From: an uncultured archaeon
GTDB taxonomy: Archaea > Nanohalarchaeota > Nanosalinia > Nanosalinales > Nanosalinaceae
Assembly (NCBI GenBank): GCA_964421955.1
Contig: CAYQYU010000001.1
Span: 94,210 to 158,209 of the forward strand
Direction of reading: 5' to 3'
DNA length: 64,000 nt
The notes under the pieces are model-generated. The model did not search any database. It saw nothing but the letters and a program-made list of their open reading frames with translations, and was not told the origin of the DNA. A program made the position numbers and the translations under genes. Positions within the stretch are counted from its first letter, which is position 1. The number at the start of each line of letters is the position of its first letter. Positions 56,902-64,000 of the stretch are shown piece by piece.

Positions 56902-58803
56902 ATGGAGATAACCTCGCTCGACCTTTCCGTAGTTTTGCAGGAGTTCCGGCAGCTGGAGGAAGGATTCGTACAGCAAGTGTACCAGCGAGAGAATGAACTT
57001 ACTCTCGAAATATACGTTCCCGGCGACGAGAAGAAGAGACTGATAATCGGACCCTCTTACGTTTTCATCTCGAAGTACAAGCGCGACAATCCCGAGAGGC
57101 CGCCCGGATTCTGCATGGAGCTGAGGAAACACCTCGGAAAGATCGATTCCATAGAGCAGCGAGGCTTCGACAGGATACTTGAAATAGAGAGTGGAGACAA
57201 GAAGCTCGTTGCGGAACTTTTCGGGAAAGGTAACGTTATCCTGCTCGACAGCGGAAAAGTTATCGGAGCGGTGCGGCAGGAGGAATACGCCGACCGCGCC
57301 GTAGTTGTGGGCGAGGATTACCGACCCCCAGAACCCGCGAACGATCCCCGAGAGGGAAACTACTTCGAGCTAATGGAAAACGGGGAAATCGTCAGGAAAA
57401 TCGCATCCGACCTCAGCCTCGGAGGAACCTACGCCGAAGAGGTATGTGAGAGAGCAGGGATCAATAAAGATACTAAGATAGAAGAACTGGAAAAGGGCGA
57501 GAGAGAAAGGATAGAGAATGCGCTCGAGGATCTCCTGGAATTCACAAGCAATCCTGAACCCGCCCTATATCTTGAGGACGGGATGCCCTCAAGGGCCGCG
57601 CCTTTCCCTCTAGAGACCTATTCAGGTTACGAGAAAGAAGGGTTCGACAGTTTCTCGGAGGCGCTGGATGAATACTTCTACAGGCACGAAACGAAACAGA
57701 AAGAAAGGCAGAAGCAGGAGGCCTATGATGAGAGGCGGGAGGGGCTGGAAAGACAGAAGCAACAGCAGGAAATGAAGATCGAGGGCCTGAAAAAGTCGAG
57801 CCAGGAGAACCGTGAAAAGGCGGAGGCAATCTACGAGAACTACCAGATTCTGGAGGAAATAAAGAAAGGTATTGAGGACGGTATCGAGGAGCACGGCTGG
57901 GACGAGACCAAGGAGAGAATCAGAGAGTCAGATAACGAGAAAACGGAGAGGATCAATTCTTTCAACGAGAGAGAAGGTTTTGTTACAGTAGATGTCGACG
58001 GCCTGAATATCCGCGTCGAGCCTTTCGAGGACCTTGAGGCCACCTCCTCCCGATACTATGATAGGGCAAAGAACTCCGAGGAAAAAATCGAGAGCGCCCA
58101 AAAAGCCCTCCAGAAGACCGAAGAGAAGCTTTCGGAGCTTGAAAAAGAATCTGTTGACCTCGAGGAGACCATGGAGGACAAGACAGAAAAACGCGGAAAG
58201 AAATGGTTCGAGAAGTACCGGTGGTTCTATTCCTCCGAGGGATTCCTCGTATGCATAGGAAGAGATGCCCAGACCAACGAGATGCTCGCCAAAAAACACA
58301 TGGAGGAAAATGATCTCTACTTCCACGCGGACTTTGACGGCGCACCCACCGTCGTGGTTAAAGACGGCCAGAACTCTGGGGAGGAAACGCGACAGGAGGC
58401 TGCAAAGGCCGCTGTCACGTTTTCAAAGACCTGGAAGGCTGGCATAGGTGCCGACTCTGCCTACTACGTCGACCCGGAGCAGGTGACAAAAGACGCTGAA
58501 CCAGGAGAGTACCTCACAAAAGGCGCGTTCGTCATAAGAGGGGACAGGAACTACATAAGAAACGTTTCTGTGGACGCGGCTATAGGGCCGTATGAGATTG
58601 AAGAGGAAACTTACGTTCCAATGTGCGGGCCTGAAGCCGCAATAGATGAGAACTGTCCCTTACACATCAAACTGAAACCCGGGAGGAGCAAAAAATCCGA
58701 GATCGGAAAGAAGATACAGGAACGCTTCAGAGAAGAAGGCTACAGGGTTGATCTCGACTATATCATAAGAGCGTTGCCGCCTGGAAAATCGGATATAGAG
58801 TGA
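56902..58803 (+). CDS. rqcH: ribosome quality control protein Rqc2/RqcH (NFACT)
   Basis: FCMELRKHL, FDRI, ELFGKGN, WFEKYRWF, GRDAQTNE, FHAD, GEYL.KGAF.IRG. Confidence 0.94.
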   Translation: MEITSLDLSVVLQEFRQLEEGFVQQVYQRENELTLEIYVPGDEKKRLIIGPSYVFISKYKRDNPERPPGFCMELRKHLGKIDSIEQRGFDRILEIESGDKKLVAELFGKGNVILLDSGKVIGAVRQEEYADRAVVVGEDYRPPEPANDPREGNYFELMENGEIVRKIASDLSLGGTYAEEVCERAGINKDTKIEELEKGERERIENALEDLLEFTSNPEPALYLEDGMPSRAAPFPLETYSGYEKEGFDSFSEALDEYFYRHETKQKERQKQEAYDERREGLERQKQQQEMKIEGLKKSSQENREKAEAIYENYQILEEIKKGIEDGIEEHGWDETKERIRESDNEKTERINSFNEREGFVTVDVDGLNIRVEPFEDLEATSSRYYDRAKNSEEKIESAQKALQKTEEKLSELEKESVDLEETMEDKTEKRGKKWFEKYRWFYSSEGFLVCIGRDAQTNEMLAKKHMEENDLYFHADFDGAPTVVVKDGQNSGEETRQEAAKAAVTFSKTWKAGIGADSAYYVDPEQVTKDAEPGEYLTKGAFVIRGDRNYIRNVSVDAAIGPYEIEEETYVPMCGPEAAIDENCPLHIKLKPGRSKKSEIGKKIQERFREEGYRVDLDYIIRALPPGKSDIE

Positions 58804-58810
58804 TAATAGC

Positions 58811-59215
58811 ATGGAATCTTTCAAGCACTTCATAGTCTCGACTGCGGCTTCGGTGCCGCTGGCATGGCTCCTCATAGGCCCAGGAAACCTCGCCGCCTTT
58901 GTCTTGCTCTCAATCTACGGCATTATCACAGGGGTCCTCATAGATCTGGATCACTTCCTGATAGCCCGCTACAACAGCGGCTCATGGAAACACCTTTCAG
59001 GCGCGCTGAGAAACCCTCTCGCCACATTCATGGGCACCAGAAAGACCTTTGAAGGCAATGTTCGGGCAGAAGAAAGGCTCTGGACCCATACCGCTATACT
59101 CCTGGTCTCCACGCCTCTAGTATTTCTGCTGGACAGGAATCTGGCGATCATAAACCTAGTGGCAATATTGCTTCACATCGCGGCAGATCTCTGGACCTAC
59201 TTCACTGAGGACTGA
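58811..59215 (+). CDS. membrane protein, possible metal-dependent hydrolase
   Basis: H..., GVLIDLDHF, TH, HIAAD motifs with TM helices. Confidence 0.7.
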   Translation: MESFKHFIVSTAASVPLAWLLIGPGNLAAFVLLSIYGIITGVLIDLDHFLIARYNSGSWKHLSGALRNPLATFMGTRKTFEGNVRAEERLWTHTAILLVSTPLVFLLDRNLAIINLVAILLHIAADLWTYFTED

Positions 59216-59594
59216 TGTTTCTTACCTGCTCTCTTATCTCTCTAAATGATTCCGTGGCATTGACCCCTGGCCTCACCGGATCCTGAATCCTCCAGACCTC
59301 GATTTTCTGATCCTCAACATCAAAGTTTTCCAGCAGGAAATCCCTGTGCATCGGCATCATAGCTACAATGCGGTCAGCCTCATCGAGCGCGCGCTGGGTG
59401 ACCTGGTCGGGCGACGGCTTCACAAATTCACGCGCCGATTCCTGCTCAAGAAGTTCTTCAGCAACCTCGGCTATGTGATCTGTGACGTGGGTTCCCGATG
59501 ATTCGACTTCGATTCCGGGTTGAAACTTTCTCGTCAGTGCCTCGGCAACCGGGCTCCTGAAGGAATTACCGGTGCAGACGTAGAGAACTCTCAT
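59202..59594 (-). CDS. low-molecular-weight phosphatase / ArsC family protein
   Basis: VCTGNSFRS P-loop; W.I.DP. Confidence 0.88.
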   Translation of the reverse strand: MRVLYVCTGNSFRSPVAEALTRKFQPGIEVESSGTHVTDHIAEVAEELLEQESAREFVKPSPDQVTQRALDEADRIVAMMPMHRDFLLENFDVEDQKIEVWRIQDPVRPGVNATESFREIREQVRNISPQ

Positions 59595-59657
59595 AGAACC
59601 TAGAGGTCTTTGATCACGTTTAAAATTTTAGTCAGCGACAACTATCCCATAGGTCTT

Positions 59658-59730
59658 GCCGGGGTAGTGTAGTGGACCATCATCGCACACTGGGGGTGTG
59701 TGGACCCGTGTTCGAATCACGGCCCTGGCA
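59658..59730 (+). tRNA. tRNA-Pro (GGG)
   Basis: GCCGGGG/CCCTGGC-A acceptor; GCACA-CTGGGGG-TGTGT; CCGTG-TTCGAAT-CACGG. Confidence 0.9.
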
Positions 59731-59764
59731 TTTACGGTGTAGAGGCTCTCTACTGGTGATTTAA

Positions 59765-60931
59765 ATTCGAGTATTCAATGAGAAGTCCTTCGGTAATGAA
59801 AAGAAACAGCGGAAAAGGAAGATAAGGGAAGAGATACAGAAAGAGGATGACGACAAGATTCTGAATGTTAACGAGGAGAAATATCTCGACCATATCGAAG
59901 GTAAATATGCTCTACAGCTTCCAGAAGTCAATCTTGAGGAAACCCCCATCGAAGAAAAGGGAGAAAACATCTGCCTTCATATCCCGTACTCAGGAAACGC
60001 CAAGAACTTGAAATATAACCCTCAAAGTTCCAGAATATGGACCAGTGTATCACCGGATGTCTTCATTCATGATGAAACCCTTGAGTTTAATGGAATCGCA
60101 AGGACTTCTGACTCGAAACAGAGGATACAGAGTGCGATTGACTCTGTAAAGGATAACTTCGATAATGACTATACAAACTTATCTCGGGATATAGAGTCAT
60201 TCAATAACAGTATTAGGAGCTATGCACGGAAACAGTTTGAGAAACATAAAGAAAATGTGAAGGAGAAGAAAGGTAAACTCGCCAAATTAGATGTACCCGT
60301 GAAAAAAGATGAGAACGCCAGCCAAACCTTCTCTGTACCCGCACCAGAACAAAGAGAGAAAATAGAAGCTCCAAAGAAGCCTACAACAAAGGACAACGAA
60401 GAACCAGAGCCTACATTAGACGAAAAGACCTACCAACAGATACTTCAAACAATTTATGATGTAGGTAAAGGTTTTGAACGCGCACCTCGACTGTTTGAAG
60501 GCAAAGGCGAGGAAGACCTACGAGACTACCTCCTATTCTTCTTGGAAATGAACTTCAAAAATGGCTCCGCTACCGGAGAAACATTCAACAAAGAAGGAAA
60601 GACCGATATTCTGCTCAGGCATGAAAACGACAACATATTCGTAGCCGAGTGCCTGATGTGGAAAGGAGACAAATACTTCAAAGGGAAGATAGACCAACTA
60701 TTAGGCTACCTCACATGGAGAGATTCCAAAGCAGCAGTAATCGCCTTCGTGGATAACAAAGAGATTCAACCTATACTGGATAGAATCATAGAAACCACCA
60801 AAGAACACAGTAACCATCTCGAATTCAAAGGAGTAGAAAATGAAGGCTGGTACAACCATATAATCCACTTAGAAGGCGATAAAGAACGAGAAGTACAACT
60901 TGCAGTCCAACTTTTCCATGTACCAGAATAG
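59765..60931 (+). CDS. hypothetical protein with C-terminal PD-(D/E)XK-like domain; probable ATT start
   Basis: Frame open from 59765 after TAA 59762, GGTGA 5 nt upstream; EEDLRD, GET..GKTDIL...FVAEC. Confidence 0.65.
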   Translation: MRVFNEKSFGNEKKQRKRKIREEIQKEDDDKILNVNEEKYLDHIEGKYALQLPEVNLEETPIEEKGENICLHIPYSGNAKNLKYNPQSSRIWTSVSPDVFIHDETLEFNGIARTSDSKQRIQSAIDSVKDNFDNDYTNLSRDIESFNNSIRSYARKQFEKHKENVKEKKGKLAKLDVPVKKDENASQTFSVPAPEQREKIEAPKKPTTKDNEEPEPTLDEKTYQQILQTIYDVGKGFERAPRLFEGKGEEDLRDYLLFFLEMNFKNGSATGETFNKEGKTDILLRHENDNIFVAECLMWKGDKYFKGKIDQLLGYLTWRDSKAAVIAFVDNKEIQPILDRIIETTKEHSNHLEFKGVENEGWYNHIIHLEGDKEREVQLAVQLFHVPE

Positions 60932-60979
60932 TTCTCAACAAAGGATTTAATTCAGGTACTGAGATTCTATATAGTCTCA

Positions 60980-61117
60980 ATGAAAACCGAAACAGGTTTT
61001 GAAAGGAATACAATCAGTATCGGGCGTTCACTCGCCTTAACAATACCTCATGAAATAGTGAAGGACTTGGATATACAAGAGAAGGATTCATTGGAGGTGA
61101 AAATCCAGAAAAAATAA
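60980..61117 (+). CDS. AbrB/MazE/SpoVT-type DNA-binding protein; absent from the ORF track
   Basis: MKTETGFERNTISIGRSLALTIPHEIVKDLDIQEKDSLEVKIQKK. Confidence 0.8.
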   Translation: MKTETGFERNTISIGRSLALTIPHEIVKDLDIQEKDSLEVKIQKK

Positions 61118-61218
61118 TTATGCCGTAAATGTGGGGGAAGGGATGCTCCCACACATTCCCTTCCTGATTGCTCGCCCGCAATCCCACAATGGCATGATAG
61201 CAAAGAGATTGATTCCTA

Positions 61219-63975
61219 ATGATAGATTCTGTTTATAGCTATAAAACCGTTGTTGAGGACTCGCAGAAGCTGTTTCCAAGGAGAACTCTACCACCTGAAA
61301 ATATTGAGGAACTACATAAACACGATGCAATTATAGAAGTCATAGAAAAGTTAAGGAGTAGAGGAAATGGAGTTTACATGCTCAAGATACAGCCAAGCGG
61401 AGGCAAAAGTTTCTCCACCGCCAAATATATCGCAGAACAACTGGAAGAAGGTAAAACATTCATAATATTCTCCAAACGCCAAGAACTCCTATATCAAATA
61501 CAGGAAGACCTGATAGACGAAGGTTTAGACCCTGATATGGTAAACCGACTTCAAGGATTTCAAAGAGTCTTCCCGAGGTATCCAGCAGAAGATAGGGAAG
61601 GAAAACTGGTTGAAAAAGACAAAGAGGAAACAACGGAGTTAGAGGAGAAGATTAGACGAGATTATAAGAACGGTGCATCACCTAACTGGATAGTCAGGAA
61701 ATACAATAAAGAACTACAACTCGATTCAAATCCTTGGAAAGAACAGTTCGAAGACTACAAAGGCAAAGTAGTTCTCGCCCCTCTGGACTACCTAACTAAG
61801 AACATGACTCAGATAGGCGACATAATAAACGCCTGTGACACCTGTTTCATTGACGAAGTAGTTCAGAAACCGTACTCCATAGAACTCAATACAAAACCCT
61901 GTGAGGTCAAATTCTTCCTCCAGTATATGACCTCTCGGCATGAAGAACTGTATGAAGATGCCAGAGATGACTTCATAGACGACCACGATTCCATAGATTC
62001 TAAGACCGAACTGGCAGACTATCTATACGGCGAGGGAAGTGCCTTAGAACAGGCTCAACAAATTTACTGCCAACTCCTACATCACACTTCGCCTATTAGG
62101 AAACGCCCCGAAGGAACACTTGATGAACTGATAGATACCTCTACTAATTTAGGGCAGATAAGTTATTCCATCACCTCTGTAACACCGAGAGTGCAGATTT
62201 CCAAGGAGGACTTACGGATCGCTTCCGACTTCCTCAGGAAACTTAAATTCAAGTTATACAAGGAAGCAGAACCAGAGGAGTACAACCGTTTTCTCGGCAA
62301 AAACTTCGACCTAACCCAATTGATAGAACTCCAGAAATATGCAGACTACGGTAAAGTCGAGGTATCCGAGAAGCTGAAGGTTCACAAAGAGGAGGAGATT
62401 AAACTTAATCAGAAAACGGTATTAGAGGATGATAAGCAGTATCAGAAAGGCATATTTGAGAAGGACGGTGAACCAAAGGCTTACATCAAGATTAAGGACC
62501 GTTCGATGCTGGAAGATAAACTGTTCGAGGGAAGCATAATTACCTCGGAATTCAAGAATAATGACGGCGGATACATCACGAAGTACCAACATAGCTACCA
62601 GAAGATTCTGGAACATTCAACTAAACTACCTACATTCCTGCTTGACGCCACCAGCAAACCCGAACACCTAACGACAGCGCTTATACAATATGCTTACAAC
62701 CGCAGGGCAGAACTCGACAGAGATAGCTACCACTACTGGTATAACCCCAAGGAGAATATTGAGAAAAGCATTAAGCCAGAACTCAACGAACTCGATAGAA
62801 CTATAATCAAAGAACTGGGCCTAATAGAGCCTTATATACCGATATTCGACCAAGAAGCTCTTGACAATACCGAGAAGATTATAGATAACATAGAAACAGA
62901 CTGGCGGTTCGGTATAACAGAGTGGCAAGGACTGAAAGTTGAATCCGAATGCACAAATAAAGATTCCACAGTTATACGGTTGAAAAGCCGATATGCACAA
63001 GAACCAGGCTCATTCTCCCGAACACAATCCTCCTTCATCAACACGCTTGAGGCCAAACTCAAATCCGGCGAAGTACCGGCAGAGTTGGAGGCACTTGGAA
63101 AGGAAGGATATGGGATAATAAGCTACAAAGGAGAGATAATAGAACACATCAAGAAGCATTCTTCAAACTATATCGAGGAAGATGTTGCCTATTTCTACGG
63201 TTTGAGAGGCGCGAACCATCTCAAAGGTCAAGATGCGCTGCATATAGGAACTGCCTACATTAACCCGAAAGAGTTCAAGAACCAGCTTAGAAGTTGGCTG
63301 GAGATGGATATAGACCTTGAAACGGTAGATTATGTAGATGGATGGTACAAGTACCCTGATGAGGTAGTTCAGTCCTTCCATGAGATTCATAGTGTAGATG
63401 AGCAGTATCAGGCGATTCATAGGTCCAGATTGCTTCTCGATGATGTTACAGTGGCAGTAATGGGGCGGATACCCCCGGCAATACGGGAAGAAGTAACGGT
63501 TAAGACGCCCTCAGAGAACTCGTTAAAGGAATATGCGGTGAATCTAAGGTTTAAAACTGTATTGGAAGAATACGGAGAATCCGATATTGTATCTAAGGCT
63601 AAAGAACAGGGTGTGACTCCGGAGGAGTTAGGTGTGAGAATGGATGATGTAGGGGAAGTAGTAATGGCGAAGTTAAGCCGGTTAGATGAGAAATTGACAT
63701 TTCAGCATGGCGAACTTAGGAAAGATAAGAGGTATTCAGATAAAGACTATCATTCAATGGTTGAGGACTATATCGAAGATAATTGGAAGGTTCTTGAAGG
63801 TTTGAGCCTCACAGAGTTCAAGCAGGAGGTCAAGAAGGGGGTTGAGAATGCCTCTGAGGAAAGGATTGATGAAGTGCTCGAAGAAATGATAGATGCAGAT
63901 ATAATCAAGAAGTACAAGGTCAAGGACTTCCCACCTGCCTATCAAGTCAGTCTAAGGCTCAAATCACAGGATTAA
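61219..63975 (+). CDS. large divergent SF2 helicase-like protein, putative element replication protein
   Basis: PSGGKS (Walker A), FIDE (Walker B), LLDAT (III), GLRGAN (V), QAIHRSR (VI). Confidence 0.7.
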   Translation: MIDSVYSYKTVVEDSQKLFPRRTLPPENIEELHKHDAIIEVIEKLRSRGNGVYMLKIQPSGGKSFSTAKYIAEQLEEGKTFIIFSKRQELLYQIQEDLIDEGLDPDMVNRLQGFQRVFPRYPAEDREGKLVEKDKEETTELEEKIRRDYKNGASPNWIVRKYNKELQLDSNPWKEQFEDYKGKVVLAPLDYLTKNMTQIGDIINACDTCFIDEVVQKPYSIELNTKPCEVKFFLQYMTSRHEELYEDARDDFIDDHDSIDSKTELADYLYGEGSALEQAQQIYCQLLHHTSPIRKRPEGTLDELIDTSTNLGQISYSITSVTPRVQISKEDLRIASDFLRKLKFKLYKEAEPEEYNRFLGKNFDLTQLIELQKYADYGKVEVSEKLKVHKEEEIKLNQKTVLEDDKQYQKGIFEKDGEPKAYIKIKDRSMLEDKLFEGSIITSEFKNNDGGYITKYQHSYQKILEHSTKLPTFLLDATSKPEHLTTALIQYAYNRRAELDRDSYHYWYNPKENIEKSIKPELNELDRTIIKELGLIEPYIPIFDQEALDNTEKIIDNIETDWRFGITEWQGLKVESECTNKDSTVIRLKSRYAQEPGSFSRTQSSFINTLEAKLKSGEVPAELEALGKEGYGIISYKGEIIEHIKKHSSNYIEEDVAYFYGLRGANHLKGQDALHIGTAYINPKEFKNQLRSWLEMDIDLETVDYVDGWYKYPDEVVQSFHEIHSVDEQYQAIHRSRLLLDDVTVAVMGRIPPAIREEVTVKTPSENSLKEYAVNLRFKTVLEEYGESDIVSKAKEQGVTPEELGVRMDDVGEVVMAKLSRLDEKLTFQHGELRKDKRYSDKDYHSMVEDYIEDNWKVLEGLSLTEFKQEVKKGVENASEERIDEVLEEMIDADIIKKYKVKDFPPAYQVSLRLKSQD

Positions 63976-64000
63976 GCCTTTTCCATAATATTTTGCATCG

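Larger units (their letters stand above)
59731..64000. mobile_element. left end of a putative integrated element at tRNA-Pro
   Basis: Visible shift to AT-richer sequence right after the tRNA; nuclease-like, AbrB-like and helicase genes; no integrase or second att site in the window. Confidence 0.7.

Noticed and set aside
1-64000. Numerous Ser-rich or hydrophobic antisense and alternate-frame ORFs in the track
   Set aside because: They are shadows of Glu/Asp-rich genes on the other strand and fully overlap well-supported CDSs.
1-64000. CRISPR array, rRNA, IS transposase or intein
   Set aside because: No regularly spaced repeats, rRNA-like block or transposase motifs were seen; RtcB and the RNAP subunits are of normal or reduced length.

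Overview
Archaeal chromosome segment, most likely from Candidatus Nanohaloarchaeota (DPANN). This is inferred from the very acidic proteins, compact gene packing, split rpoB/rpoA and archaeal gene order. Most of the window is housekeeping: pgk, glyS, EndA, RNase HII, NucS, RadC, rpoH-B''-B'-A'-A''-nusA, rps12-rps7-EF2-EF1a-rps10, cmk-archease-rtcB, an L3-to-S3 operon running into S27ae-kae1-sua5-two Kef antiporters-bud32, S15-RecJ-S3ae, aspS, mscL, smc-scpA-scpB and rqcH. There are five tRNA genes: iMet, Lys with a 37/38 intron, Ser, Leu with a D-loop intron, and Pro. An AT-richer integrated element starts right after tRNA-Pro. The strongest unexplained signal is at the tRNA genes. Their ends, and apparently both introns, are built as direct - hairpin - inverted - hairpin - direct copies of the tRNA's own sequence, capped by a recurring GAARMTC-loop-GAKYTTC mini-hairpin family. 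This suggests a fold-back or dumbbell insertion process that may create tRNA introns, and it co-occurs with a splicing endonuclease that has an atypical active site. Other notable items: an ATT-initiated rpl3 behind a structured leader, a roughly half-arm-length SMC, an AsnB-Dph6 fusion, a truncated TFB-like protein and an internally deleted UbiB-type pseudogene. All calls come from reading the sequence by eye; no searches were run.
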